Shown: positions 28,107 to 42,800 of the stretch, one piece after another
Numbering within the stretch: the stretch's first letter is position 1
Layout: every line of letters starts with the position of its first letter
Assembly: GCA_051294375.1 (NCBI GenBank)
Contig: CM119263.1
Coordinates: 23,462,762 to 23,526,761 of the forward strand
Direction of reading: 5' to 3'
Length of the DNA: 64,000 nt
Source: Paraspadella gotoi
Lineage: Eukaryota; Animalia; Chaetognatha
Made by a program: the position numbers and the translations under genes
Notes under the pieces: generated by a model
What the model saw: only the letters and a program-made list of their open reading frames with translations
Databases searched by the model: none
What the model was told of the DNA's origin: nothing

Positions 28107-28591
28107 TTTGGCGTTTCACTTAACTATAAACGCAACGAAAAAAAGTCTTAACATAATATTCATAATTTATTTATATTTTATGTCATGGTTTATGACAGAG
28201 ACTAAAAGAAAACAGTGCCTTTCAATGAAACTAACAAACTATAAAATAATGAGGAAGAGATATAAAAAAAGGAAAAAGGAAAAACGAGAAAGAAAGGAAG
28301 AGAAGAAAAAGAGAAAAAAATATACAGAGTTAAATTTACATTGTGCGATTTTCTTTCTTGTCTTTTTTCATATGTTTATTATGCTCTGAGACAAGAAGAA
28401 GAAATTTATTATAATGCTTGTTTTTTTCAAACCAATTTCTCATTTATCAAACTATAATGGTGTACCTCATCCTATCTGAAATAAAGAAGAAAGACGATTC
28501 AAGTAGGCGCCGGAGTTAAGGAGAAAATACCATTAAAGATACTTTAGTTAGTTTCGAATATTAATATTTAATTTAAAAATTAAATTATAAA

Positions 28592-28680
28592 ATTAACGGC
28601 GATTTTAACGGTTTAACCGTTAAAAGTTAAATTTTAACGGTTAAGGGCGAAGTTCCTTGGAAAATTAACGGTTAACTGGA
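28592..28680. repeat. Cluster of TTAACGG motifs including a 23-bp palindrome (counterpart at ~21160-21245)
   Basis: TTTTAACGGTT-T-AACCGTTAAAA at 28603-28625, plus three further TTAACGG copies. Confidence 0.7.
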
Positions 28681-28697
28681 ACCGCTGTTTTATTCCG

Positions 28698-28763
<66 letters not shown>

Positions 28764-29387
28764 GAGAGAGAAGAGAGAGATGAATGTCAATAAATGGGTT
28801 CCGAATGGATGGTCGATACCGGTTCGTCGGCTTTTGTCTTTTTCCGGTCCACCAAATTCTGCTTTTCAACGATGCGACTGGGATTTTAAAACTTCATTTC
28901 GTTTCTTCGAAGCGCGATCTCCTATTCTTTTCAAATTTTGTCTGCTGGTCTTTTATAAATTCTTAGGCTTTAAAAGATTTTTTTTAATAATATTTTTCGT
29001 CCCGTGACGTCTTACATCTTTCTGATAGTCCTGTTATTATTTGTCATTTTATTTATTTGTATTCTCGGAAACTCCATTTCCTTATAATTTTTAAGAATCT
29101 CATTATTTGAAAACAATATCAAAGTAGCGACATTTTTACAATCCTACTATTATCATTTCTTGAAAAAATTAAATTTACAATACTTTTTTTGTCAATTCTA
29201 AAGTTAATAAAGTATTTATTAATATCTTTTTAACATTTTCTCTGCTGCCATTATATTGTCCATTATTAATCTTGAATCTGTTTTATTTTTATTGAAAGAA
29301 ATGATATTTTTAAATAATTATCTTAAAATGACTTTGTACTATCCTGAAAATGAAAACAGTTTTGCTCTTACAAGATTCATTTGCCAT

Positions 29388-29422
<35 letters not shown>

Positions 29423-30901
29423 AGAGAGAGAGAGAGACGGAAGAGAGTGAGAGAGAAGAGAGCCAGAAGAGAGAGAGAGAGAGAGAGAGATTCCGATCGT
29501 GAAATCACGGTCGTGTATTTCAGGTCCGATGGTCAGAAAAGTCGTTTTCTCACAAAAGCTAAAAAAAAAGAAAAAAAGAAGAAAGAAAAAAAACGTGGAA
29601 AAACCCTTTATTTTCGGTCGTCCAAAGGAGGAAATTACCTCTTTGCCTCCCGTTTCGAGTCAGCGATCGACCACCTCCGCCACCATTGCCCACCTCCACC
29701 CCCAACAACTGTCTCGCGCGGAGTAATAACCGCGTGAAAAATTTCTATCGGTTCTCGCGGAAACTTCAACGATCTCGGACTGAATTGATGACTCATATTC
29801 CTAATGACTGTGGCTCGAATTGCGGCGGATTCTTTTTTTGTCGCCGCTGCCGCTGCCGCTGCCGCCACCGACCGCCGACGCCGCACCCCATTCGCGGCCA
29901 AACGAGAAAATGTTGGATAAAAAAAAAGACAAAAAAGGAGGAAGAAGGAAGGGAAAAAAAAATTGCCAGGTTTCATAAACCGAAGCTGCCGCCGCCGCCG
30001 CTGCCTCTGCCGCAGTAGCCGGCGCCGTAGCCGCAAAGGAATCCCACTAATGAGGTTTTCTCAAAAATGACAGGATTTGAGAATCCGGTGCAGTGTCGTC
30101 GCCATGACATTAGAGAAAAAAACTGAGAGCCGTACCTCTCTCTCCTCTCTCTCTCTCTCTCTCTTCTCGCTCTCTCATCTCTTCGTCAATCTCTCTCTCG
30201 TCGTCTCTCTTCTCTCTCTCTTCGTAACGGATGGTTCATCACACCTTATTTCGGCTTTGTTTCTCCTTCGTACTCCGAGATCGGGTTTAAAAAAAAAATA
30301 GTTCTCCGGTCTTTTTTCCCGCCGCTTTTCGAAACAAACCCGAAATCTAATCTCCCCCCTACTTCTCCGCGCCATCTCGGCCCCCTCTCCTTCTCTTTAT
30401 CCGCCTTTCCACGCAATACGCGCCGCAGACCGCCGAAAGGCGAGGCGGGCAACGCTCCCGTAGAAAAGACCTTGCAAGCGATGCGGAAGTATGCAGAGTC
30501 GTAGAATAAGACGTCTTACGTGACCAATAACGACGTCGAGGCTCGCGCGTGATCGATCGTAGACCCGCGTCTCGACGCATGGGAGACGAAGATCTCGTCC
30601 CGAGTGCTCCCATCGACCAAAATGAGAGATGAGCAATTCTCGTGCCCGAACCCGAAAAGGGAAACACGCATCGGAGTAGCGGAGAAGCGGACTTTAAAAG
30701 ACGAGGTCAACCTGCGTTTGGAAGGGGAAGTTGGAAATAAATGGGGAGAGGGGAAGGACGCGATGGGATTTGTTGTTTTTGAAAAATGGAGAGATAGAGA
30801 AAGAGAGAGGGGAATGTTATAATGTGTTGTAAGGCGAGAGGGAATGCGGGCCAGGCACGCATACTGATTAGCGTGGAGGCAAGGATGATGAGAGGAGAAG
30901 G

Positions 30902-30965
<64 letters not shown>

Positions 30966-32228
30966 AGATGTTCGATATCGAAACCAAGGTGCTTTTGACG
31001 TGCCAAAGGAGAAAGAAGAGGTGGGAAAAAGGGGAGGAGTAGAAGATGAGAGAAAAGCTAAAGGGAGAGCGAGACGCGAGACGTGAGCGGGAGAGCGAGA
31101 GGATGGGGACCTTGGAACGAATGGCTTTTAATGAATTCAACTTTGAAACAAAAATCGCTCGGGGAAAAAAATCCTGATTTAGCTTTGGAAATGTTTTGGA
31201 AAATTTTTTTACTCCGATGGGCGAGATGCAGCACCGAGAGAGACGAGGACAGAGAGCCAGAGAGCAGAGAGAGGATGAGAGAGAGGAGAGATGATGAGAC
31301 GAGAGAGAGAGAACGTTCTTTGAGAGAGAGACGATGAGAGAGAGAGAGAGAGTTTTGGAAGGGAAAAGCGTTGGTCGAAATGGATTATCCACCCACATAG
31401 GCTTCAGCCACCAAAGCCTCCATCTCTTTATTGGTAGCGTCGCCCTCAAACTACTAAATTTCCGTCTATGGCTACTATCTTTACTGCTACATACTTGGCT
31501 TACAAGAATCATTTGCGCTCCCGATAGCTATTCATAATATAATATATATATAATATATAATATATAATATATTCATAATACTTTTAATGATAGTTAACTG
31601 CGATAAGCCGATCCGACTAAAAAATAAAAATTGTGTTTCATATTTTATATTTCATACCCGATAGTTGTTATTTAAAAATTTCATAGACATTCTCTTTTAG
31701 CATTAATCTCCGTCCCTTCTCCCCCTTCCTCACTCCTTCTTTCTTCCCCCTCCTTCCCTCTCTCCCCCTCTATCCACCTGTCTCCCTCGTCTCTCCTTCT
31801 CTCTTCCCCTCTAACTCCCTTCCTTCCTCCCTCCCTTCCTCCCTCTCTTTTCCACGAAGCGAATTTTCACCTTCGCTGCAAAATGTATCGAGAAAATAAC
31901 GGCGCTTACGCTCTCATCTGCGGCGCGACCGAGCGATTGCCAATAAAATTAATCGATGGCATTTGCATAGCGAATCGAGCCTAGATATAGAAAGAGCGAG
32001 AGAGAGAGAGAGAGGGAGAGAGGGAGACTGCGGGAGAGAAAGAGAGTGAGTAGGCCGATTATTGGGAAAGCGTGATAGTGCGTGATAAGTATAGATTATC
32101 GATGTATCACTGTTTAACCTATAATTAGTAATATACGCTGATAAAAATGACGCGGACGGGAAATTGTTTATCGAACTTGAATTAAAACGGGAGACAATAT
32201 TTTTCTGTTTTCGACCACCTGAACGATG

Positions 32229-32359
<131 letters not shown>

Positions 32360-33146
32360 GACAATATTGTTTTCTTTAATATATTCATGAGGACGCATTT
32401 TAACTAAAAAAAAACGTGTTCATGGCAAAACAAGGGATAAATCAAATTCGGAACGTGACACTTAAAATCGAGATTCGAAGGGAATTCAGACGATCTTAGA
32501 AAAATCTTCTTTTTTTTTTCATCTGACGAAAAAAAATAGCGGATTTCTTCTTCTCCTCTTCATCTTCTTCATTTCTCTTATCCTCCTCCTCCTCCTCCTC
32601 TGCTTCCTCCTAATTTCAAAATGGCGAGGAATCTTTAATGGGTTTCACTCCAACGTGGTAACGCCGAATTCAGTGATTCGATCTTCGAATTAACGACGCT
32701 TGTAACGTAGGAACATAAACGAAACAGTGGCGTGAATGAAACCCATTGGGTAACCGTCGCCGAAGATTATGGAACTTTTTTAGTGAGTTGGAACGATGAA
32801 GAGATAATATGATCAGAGAAAAAGAGAGAGAGAGGACTTGAGGAGCAGGGGGAGAGAAAGAGAATGATGCAGCATGAGAGATGAGAGAGAGAGAGAGAGG
32901 AGAGACGATGAGAGAGAGAGGAGAGAGAGACAGAGAGAGAGTGAGACGGCGCTGCCTTTGCTTTACTCCTTTTTTTTTGCCTCTCACAGTCTCTCTCTCT
33001 CTCTCTCTCTACTCTCCCTTTCTATTTATTTATTTTTTGTTTTTGGCATTAAAATTTCGTCTCCGACGTTAAAAATAAAACTGAATCGTCGGCTGGAAGG
33101 CCATTACATATCGCAATCTCTCTCTCTATCATCTCTTCTCTCCTCC

Positions 33147-33200
<54 letters not shown>

Positions 33201-35137
33201 CTCCTCCGTCTCTGCCATCATGGAGCTTTTTCCGTTTGCCATCAATATTTATCTGCAACGCTCATAGAGCCTTTTGGGTTCCCGTCTATTTTTAAATGCC
33301 GTCCAAGTTTTTAAGTTTGCCATCCATTTGTTTTTTTGTGTTTTTTCGGTGGCAAAAATTTTCAGTTTTACCGTATCAAATACGGATTAATTGACTATCC
33401 GTTTTATGAGCTAACAATGTTTACAAAATACTTATATTAATTTATGTAATGACATACCTCTATCTACCTATATATTTCTTTTTCCTCCAACCAAAATCAT
33501 GAAGTTCACTAATTGTAATTATTGTGATATTCCGTTCGTACAAACGTTTTATAGGCGAAATATAAAAAGGCGATTTTGTTTCGACATCATCGCCAACATT
33601 ACGGATATTTTCTGATATAAGTCTAAACGAGAAAATGCTCTTTGAAATTAAAAAGAAATTCCGGTTTGACGCTGACTGGCTCGACGTCGGAGTTGCCCCA
33701 AAAAAGCTCAGGAATGAGATAATTCTGGTTTCACACTCACGCGATGAAGCGAACCTTTTCACGGCTGCCAGAAATCAGCGGATGGCGGAAGGATCGCTGA
33801 TCGGGTGAGGAAGGCGGATGGCGGGAGATTGGGGGGGGGGTGAGGGAAGGTGGTGGAGTAAACCGGGAAGCCGGAAAGGAGAGAGGGTGAGGTAAAAGAA
33901 GAAGACCTGTTAACGTGAATGATGGGCAATGGGCAAGTAATGTCATGGAAAGGAGAAATAAGCGAAAGAGATCATTTGACTAACGTGTTAGAATTCAGAA
34001 AACATAGTTGTGTTGTACGGAGTATGGAGTATGGATTTCAACTTGGTAAAATCAAAATAGGTCACGGGTGGTACAGAAGCTCACAAAATGCATTCTCGAT
34101 TTCTTGGAAATAATTCGTCGCGATTTACGACGACACAAAAAAACCGAAAACAAAAGGTTCTCTTCTCTTGCTGAAACGAAATTCGACTACTAAACCGAGT
34201 TAATTGATTCGACGACGACGACGACGACCTCGACGACGAAAAAGGACGAGGAAAACGACGACGTTAAAACGAGGTTGAGAATCGAAGCGGGCGTATTTGT
34301 TTCTGTCCGAAGAACCGCAAATGGATTCGGAAGTCGAGGCAGAATATCGAATTTATCGATCCGACCGGGCCAGAGGAGGAAGAGGAGGAGGAAGAGCGGG
34401 TGGGGTGAAGAGACGGTTGGGTAAATAAGGGAAGGGGGAAAGAGGGTTGAAAAAGGAATAAAGATTCGGATGAAGATGAAGCAAGAGTTAAGAAGGCGAG
34501 AGTTGAAGATTGAACGAAGTCGGTTTATTGTGGAAGGAAAGTGGACGAGAAAGCCGGAAAAAAACTAAAATCAGATGGGGATTTCTTGAGAGCTGGTTTT
34601 TTCTAAATGATTTTATAAGGTAAAAAACCGAACTCTACTTTACTGCAATATGCAAATAAAATTATCTGAAAGAGATTGATAGGTCAAAAGGAGGAAAAAA
34701 GAGTAGTAATGCGAAGTATATGGCAATAGATCGAATAACGTTCTTTATAAGTACGACTATTAATCCGATTTTCGCACGAAATAAGAAAAAAATTGAATAA
34801 ATTAAATCGGACGGACTGACCAATATTCCCACATACCCGAGTCTAACTTAGACTTAGACTTAGAGTATGACAAAAGAAAACGCCTATGCCTGCTTGAAAA
34901 GATGTTGCGGGAAGGAATGAAGTAATAAATGAATAGCGGAAGAAAAGAGGTAAAATTTTAAGAGATTGAGAAAAGGAAGGTAAGCGACGGTAAATCGACC
35001 AAGATGGGACAGGTTAGTGGCGGAAAAGTAGGATCGAGTTCTTGACGAAGATGAGGGAAGAGGAAAAGTGTCATCTCGGATTGACGGGTGGGTTTTGAGA
35101 CCCGGTGACGTCACCGACGTAAGGAGAGAGATAGAAT

Positions 35138-36532
35138 TTTTTTTTAAGGAAGAAGTGAAAAGTAATTAGTTCGCGGGGCGCAGAGATTTTCTACGACGTC
35201 TTTCTTTTTCTTTTTCGGTTTTGCGCGCGGATTCGATTTCCGGAATTTTACTAGTTAATTTGTATGAAAATTACCCTCAGTATCGTGAGAAAGAAATCTT
35301 TTTTTTCCTTTCTTCCTTTTTAAAGATTTAATTTTTTGTTTCTTTTAAAACTCTGAAGTATATCGATGTATTCGGAAGGAAAAGTAGATATAAATATCGT
35401 GCGCAGTACAAATAGTGAAGTTTTAATAAGGAAGTAGCTCTTTTCATTTACAAAATTAAGCTTTTTTCAAAGTACTNNNNNNNNNNNNNNNNNNNNNNNN
35501 NGACGCTCGGCGAGCGTGGGCTGTGAGAGGGTGAAAGAGAAAATAGGAGGGGCGCGCCATAGGAAGGGGCCCGTACATGGGAGCGGCGGGATACCGGCGC
35601 CGCCGTGAAAATTGCCGCCTTTCCCGGATGTTCTTTGCTTTTTTTTGAAACAATCTTTTAATGGGGGAAGGTTTAGGGGAAAAAAAAAGGGGCCCTCCCC
35701 CTTACCTTTTTCGTTTAACTTTTTACGAACGGAAAGGGGGGAAAAAGAAGACGCAGAGGCGTCAATTAAGCGTGCACTGAAGGATCTGAGAAGGGACGAG
35801 AGAACGAGAGAGAGAGACGAGAGATGAGAGAGACGAGAGAGACGAGAGAGAGAGAGAGAAGAGCAGAGGAGAGAGAGAGAGAGAGAGAAGAGATTCTCTC
35901 TAAAACCAAGGTCCATGAAGAAGAACGCGGTAAAAAAAAAAACTCTGATCGAATTTTCGCAACGAAAAATGAAATCTTCAAATTCTCAACAAAAAAAAAA
36001 GAAGCAAAGCGCATGAGTGCATGTCGGTGCGTGTGCGTTACGCCCCTCTACACCTGGAATGCCGTTATGCTCGCGCACGTAACGAAGTTTAAAAAAAAAA
36101 AAAAAAAAAAAACACGCGCGTCGCTCTGTCGAAGAGACTCGGGACTGAGAAGGCGAGAAGGCGCTAATTCGATATCTCGAATCCTTATTTGCTTTATTGC
36201 TAACGGCTACCATCTTTTCTCTACCCCTTATTACTTTCCCACTCCTTACCCCTCCCCGGACCCCCTACCCCTTAACTTCCCTTCTTCCGATCGAACGCCC
36301 TCGCGCGTTGAGCGGGGAATTACTTTCTTTTTTTAAAGGAAGAAGTGAAAAGTAATTAGTTCGCGGGCGCAGAGATTTTCTACGACGTTCTTTCTTTTTC
36401 TTTTTCGGTTTTGCGCGCGGATTCGATTTCCGGAATTTTATCAGTTAATTTTATGAAAATTACCCTCAGGTCATGTGAGAAAGAAATCTTTTTTTTCCTT
36501 TCTTCCTTTTTAAAGATTTAATTTTTGTTTCT
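35138..36532 (+). repeat. ~205-bp local duplication (35138-35343 and 36327-36532) straddling a 25-N gap
   Basis: AAGGAAGAAGTGAAAAGTAATTAGTTCGCG...GATTTAATTTTTGTTTCT is present twice. Confidence 0.9.
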
Positions 36533-38128
36533 GTTTATCTCTCTCTTTTTACTTTCTTACTAAAAAATCTTTTACGAATACCAGGAAAAAATCATTAAGG
36601 CTCTGAATGGTTGTGAAGCAAATCGATGAATGGACGGATGAATGAGTATGAGTGAATGAAGGCATCGAAGTTACGAAAGAAAAAAAAATATGAAAATTTA
36701 CAAATTTAGGTTTTTTTTTGAAAATTGAGAATTCGTAAATTTGCCGTCGTCTTCGTCATCGTCGTCGTCGTCGTCGAAGTCATAGCGATCAACGTCCATT
36801 TGCGATCATAACTTTTTTCAACAAAGCATAAATAACAAGCTAGTCCGGAAAACGACATCAAAATATTATTAAAAAAAACTTGTAGTACGTAAATTGGTTT
36901 ACAACTTACCCCATTTTCGATCGGACGAAGTCGTCGGAAAGAGCCGGTGTGTCAAGTTTCTCTTCAACTTTTTTTCTTCTTTGAATTTTATTTGAGTAAA
37001 ATTGTTTTTCGATTGTTTACATAAACTTTCGACGTTGCCGATGAAACGTGAAATCGGTTCTCGCTTTTCTTTATCTTCTTTTTTTTAAAAATTGTTTCTC
37101 ACCGACTTAATGTTCAAATTCTTCTTTAACTACGGGTGATGGTAACGATAAGAGTCGAAAAAAAAAAAAACGTTGAAAATTCTTTTTATCTCTTTGTTCT
37201 TTTTCTCAGTTTTTTTTCTTCTTTTTTTAATTCGTCCCACGAGTGACGCGGAATCATAAAGTGGGCGTCGATCAGAATGGAGTGAAGCAACAGTTATGTG
37301 AGTTATTATTATTATTATTATTATTGGGATATTTGTAAAAATTTTTATTCGCGCTTTCTTCAAAGCTTATTTTAGTGTTTTTCATGGATAACCTGAACCT
37401 ATCTCTGTCAGCTTTTCCAGTAAAAAGTAAGTTTTTCGGCCAATGATAAAGTTTTTCTACAATGACCAAAAGTCGGGGAAAAACCCGCGCGTATGGCAGA
37501 CCAAAATTGCAATGGCTTCTGACGGCAAGCTCAACGTCAATGATACCGAAAGAAGCGCCTTGCAATTATGAGCATCTCACTTTCGCTTTCTGCTTTTATT
37601 TCACTCGATGAACGAAAAAAATAACTCTTTCACTAGAAAGATTTTTTTTCTCCTGGTGGCCGAAAACCGATTAACTTTTAGGATTTTTTTTTTTTTGCGT
37701 CGTTTTAATTGAGAAAGTTCAAAAGTTCTTAATTTTTCTGCCGGAAATCGGCGACGAAGGGGAGTCGTTCCTCTTCGCCGGGAGAGTCTACGCGTAAAAA
37801 AAAGACGCCGGGCGACTGAGTTTCCGGTTCGCGTCGTCGTTTCTTCGACCGGAAGCGACGAGGAACGCGGCCACGCCCCCCCCTTCGCCTCGACGCGCGG
37901 AAAAAGCGAGAGAAGCGGAGATCGCGTGAGTCGCGGGAAAAATCGCGGAAAAACCAAAGACAAACCGTGAAAAACGCAAAGTTAAAAGAGCACCAACGCC
38001 GTGGTCGTCGTCGTCGTTATCGTCGTCGTTCGCGTCATCGTCGTCGTCGTTGTTCTCGCCACCGGGAAGGAAAAGATACGAGAGATTGGAGTGATGAGAA
38101 GGACTAGTTTATAAGGTCAGGACAGGAC

Positions 38129-38170
<42 letters not shown>

Positions 38171-38292
38171 CGTCTCTCTCTCTCGTTCTCTCTATCTTTG
38201 GTTTTTCTTTCTTTCCATTTATCTGTTTTCCTCTTCATTCTTTTTTTTTCTTGTTTTTCTTTTTTTCTTTCTTTTTTTTGCTTCTTGTTTGC

Positions 38293-38323
<31 letters not shown>

Positions 38324-38685
38324 TCCCTTAATTTCGATTGAGGAATTATGTAAATATAAACCACATCTCGCTCCGTGTCGCCAATTAGGGAGACCTTTTT
38401 ATTACTCAACCTGAGTATATAAATTAGAAACTCTTCGATGGAAAAACAATAAACGGAAAGCATTTTATATTTAAACGTTAAAAAAACCGGCGAAGCTTGT
38501 AATTACTAAAAGTGATGTTTTACTTTTTAAAATTTTATTTCGCGATCGAGGCCGATTCAAAGCCCCGGCTCGCATCCCCGACTGCAGCGGCTCCCGAAAA
38601 ATTCCGGTCGAATTCCGTTCAATAACTAATGTTTTTCTTTTCAATTTCCAACGTCATTATCTCTTTTTGGTTTCACGTTAATTGC

Positions 38686-38707
38686 TCTCTCTCTCTTTCT
38701 CTCTCTC

Positions 38708-38740
<33 letters not shown>

Positions 38741-39050
38741 TCCTCTCTCTCTCTCTCTCTCTCTCATCTCTCTCCTTCAGCATATTTTCACATTCCTCTC
38801 TCTCTCTCCGTTCTTCGTCGTCTTTCTCTCTCGTCTCTCTCTCTCTCTTTCTCTCTGCTCTCTCTCTCGCTTCTCTCCTCTCTCTCTTGTCTCTGCTCCC
38901 TCTCTCGTCTCTCGATCTCTCGCTCCATTCACGTCAGGCATTTCACACATTCTCTCTCATCTCTCTCTCACCTCTCTCCCTTCCACTCCCTCCTCCTCGT
39001 CTCTTACTCTCTCTCTCTCTCTACTCGTCTCTCTCTGCTCTCTCGTCTCC
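38686..39050. repeat. Degenerate (TC)n polypyrimidine tract
   Basis: ~360 bp dominated by TC repeats. Confidence 0.95.
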
Positions 39051-39743
39051 GTGATTCGAACGTCGAAGTGAAAGACATCGCAATCGAAGAACACGGAGAA
39101 TGAGAAAGTAATTAATTTCCAAAACAAAGAAAACTTTTGTTTAAGGAGTTGGAAGGAACGTAAAGGGCGGGAAATCTTAAAGTTTAAAGTCGAGTTAAAA
39201 AAATTAATTAGAAATGAGGTTTTTACGGCGATAGGTTAAAAAAGTTAACATAACTATTAATGTTATGACCTGGAAATTTCTTTCGGTATTTTAGATATTA
39301 CTACAGTAGTTTTATAAGAATCAATTGTATTCTTTTTTGAATCATTGAATTATTTTTCAATGATTTCTATTTGACTACAGCTTGCGTTTAAAAAAAAGGG
39401 AAATTTTGGTATTAGTTTTTTAGTTTTTTAACGACGCCCACTAATTTAAAAAAAGATAATCAAAGAATTAGGTTTTCTTCGTTCATTTATGGGATGCTTA
39501 TAACAAACAAATGCATCACTGAGGTCTTCCCACCTCTTCTCTCTCTCTCTCCGCTCTCTCCTCTCTCTCTCTCTCCTTCCTCCTCTCTCTCCTGCTCTCT
39601 CTCTCTCGTCTCTCTCTGCTCTCTCTCTCTTCTCTTCTTCTCCACTTCTCCGCAAGCTGAAACGATAAAAGTCACGTGAGCGTTTAAAAGATCGAAGATT
39701 AATAAATTCCTAATGCGAATGACCTGAGTCACGTTAGACGATC

Positions 39744-39850
39744 CAGCGTCACAAAAATAAGCCGACGATCTCCAGCGTCACAGCGTCACAGCGTCACAGC
39801 GTCACAGCGTCACAGCGTCACAGCGTCACAAAAATAAGCCGACGATCTCC
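39744..39850. repeat. (CAGCGTCA)7 tandem repeat nested in a ~30-bp direct duplication
   Basis: Seven perfect 8-mers at 39773-39828. CAGCGTCACAAAAATAAGCCGACGATCTCC occurs at both 39744 and 39821. Confidence 0.95.
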
Positions 39851-42800
39851 GAGAACCAGCGGAACCGTGACGCAATAATAATACTTAGAGTTAGAGTGAA
39901 ATTTCGCATTTGTTATTGATTCGCGAAAATAATAATAAAACAATTGGAGAGGTTGGGACGCGGCGNNNNNNNNNNNNNNNNNNNNNNNNNNNNNNNNNNN
40001 NNNNNNNNNNNNNNNNNNNNNNNNNNNNNNNNNNNNNNNNNNNNNNNNNNNNNNNNNNNNNNNNNNNNNNNNNNNNNNNNNNNNNNNNNNNNNNNNNNNN
40101 NNNNNNNNNNNNNNNNNNNGGGGGCAAAGGAGTTTGAGAGAAAAGCGATGGGGACGAATTATTGAAAGTCGAAGAACAAAGGAAGGGCACGAAAAGAAAA
40201 GGTAAGATTTTAAAAAATGAGGAAAAAGAAAAGAAAAGTAAGGTGTCGTTATAAAAATAACAGTAAGTAAAAATAAAATGGCATGGGTGAGGTGAAAAGA
40301 GGCCGCGATAAAGATTAAAGTTTGACGAAGTGACGGCGGTATAACAGCTGAGGGGTTGGGAACTGTGCTAGCGGGTATCCTTGGGGAGCCACTGGGCGAA
40401 ACCAAAGGGGAAAAAAATCTTTCTATTTCGCAGAATAAATAACAAAAAAAAAATCTCTCGAACCGTTCACGTCCGAAAATCCCGAGGAAGAACCGAGTTT
40501 TAACGATAATTGAATGATTATCGCGCATGAATATAAAAATCCAGTGGAAAATAATAAAAGAACGGAAAAGGCCAGACAAAAATCATCTTCGCGAAAAGAA
40601 ATACGATTATATTATTCCCTCTGCGACATGAAAATAATTAGGAGCCAATTAGAAAAAAGTTTTCTTCGCGAAGCCGCATAACCTGGAGGCTTTTGGACGG
40701 AACGGACGGATGGACAACGACTACGACGACGACGACGACGAGGGAATCCAGGGTGATCGGCTTAAGAAGGGACCCAGGAGGGGCTTGCCCCCCCACCTTT
40801 TCTACGCAGGAAAGGGCCGTCCCCTCGTGACATTTGATTCCCAATTCACATTGATTTAGAGTAAAAAAATATTCCTCGGCTTTAACTTAATTTTATTATT
40901 ATCTTTTTTTTTCTCTCGGGACGAGGTTTGTATTGATGCGAGAGATATTGATGAACGCCTAACCAATCCCCTTTTAAAAGTTTTATGTTTATTTTTAAGA
41001 TTTTTATCATTGAACTATCCTAGCTATTTATAAGAGAATTAAACTTCGAAATGTTGGTTTTTTAACTGCAGTTTCAAGGACTTGATAACTAAACCGAAAC
41101 AGTCAAACAACGATACGAGAGAGAAAGAAGAGAGAGAGGAGGAACGAGATATGAGAGAGACGGACGAGGGATAGAGAGAGAGGGAGAGAGAGGGAGAGAG
41201 AGGAGAGAGACGAGAGGACGAGAGGGGGAAGAGCGAGGAGACCGAGCAGAGGAAAGATGAGAAGAGAAGGAGAGGAAAGAGAGAGAGAGATGTAAAAATT
41301 AAAAGGGAAAAGAGTTTTTTGAGTGTACAAAAGAGTTGAGAGTAAATTGACTGGCCTGCGGAAGAACGAGCTAGCGAGGACGAGGATCGACCGTGCGACG
41401 GGATGAGACGGAGAGAGATGAGAGAGAGAGGCGGAGATGAGCGAGCGAGGCCGGAAGGGTGAGGAGCGGTGCGACGAGGGAGACGTGGGATATAGAGTTT
41501 TGATCGTTGTATGTCCGGGCCGGGAGACGGGAACGGTTTTTTCTGCTTTCTTTCTTTTATTTAATTTTTATATATTATTATTCATTGGGTAAAAAGTAAA
41601 TAGTGTCGAAATTTGTCTTGAGCCGACGGTTATATCCCGCCCTTAATGTGGAAGGAGGAGTGATACTCGAAGGGCGAGGGAGGCCGAATTGAACTCAAAT
41701 ATGCGGGCGGACTCTTCATTGATATGAATTGAAGATGGGACCTAGAATTCTTCAAGGGAGGAAGAATAAGAATGTAAAAGAGCATTAGAACAGGATGGAA
41801 CCAAATAGGGGATTGAATGAAGAGAGAGAGGAGAACGGGGGAGGATGAGGGAGAGAGGATGGGATCTATCGTATAAAAGTTTTTAAAAATGTAGATCCTA
41901 TAATACAATGTTATGGTTTAATAAACGGCGTCTTCTTGTCGCGGGCGCAGGCGAGCGGATCTTATCAGAGGACATTGAACTCGTCCGGGGGGGTAAAGCA
42001 GATGGTTTAATTAGATAGGCACTACATGGTGAGGTAGGAGTGTGAATCATTGGTACGGTAAAGGGCAAGAGAGGAGAGGAAGAAGAGCCTTTCACATCCA
42101 ATAGAAAAGACTTGACAAAGGGCACGGATTCTAAGAAGACGTGAGAGAAACACGAAATAATTTATTTCGATCTCAGGAAAAAAATTTCTCATATTTTCCA
42201 CTCCATCCCTCAGCCATCTGCATATTTCTCTCATCTCTCTCTCTCTCTCGTTCTCTTGCTCCTTGTGCACTCATTTTTTCTCTCTTCTCTCCTTCTCTTC
42301 TTCTCGCTCTGTTCTCTTCTTCTCGTCTATCATCATATCTCTCTCTTTTCCTGCAAACTCTACTAACATTAATACGTAATTCCATATTACACACCAGCCA
42401 ACAACGACGTGTAACCGAAAGTCGAAAATATCGAATGTTTGTAAATGATTCGAAAAATTTCTCCAGTTTTTTTTGTTTTGGAAGCCGAAACAGGAAAATT
42501 ATCGAGTTAGGTTTCTTCCGGGTTTCGCTCACCAACCCACTGGACAAAAATAAAATTCATCTCCCTTTTCATATCTGAAATACTCCCCTTAAGCCTGACT
42601 GTGTCTCTTTTCGTGTTTACTCCTCCGCCCTCTTGTCGGATTGCGTTCTGTGTCTTGTGGCTTTACTCTGAGGCGAGGGAAGTAAATATTACAAAAAAAA
42701 CTGAATCAACAGTTTTAGTGGCGCGTCTCACAGGTGGAACTCGTGATTTAGTGGTTATCACAGATATCAGTCCGCCTGTTTACTTTAACTTTACTTGTTC

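Noticed and set aside
37272-38463. Protein-like ORF fragments (QGASFGIIDVEL..., MLSVYCFSIEEFLIYILRL...)
   Set aside because: No recognisable domain, no consistent splice frame, and competing open frames on both strands.
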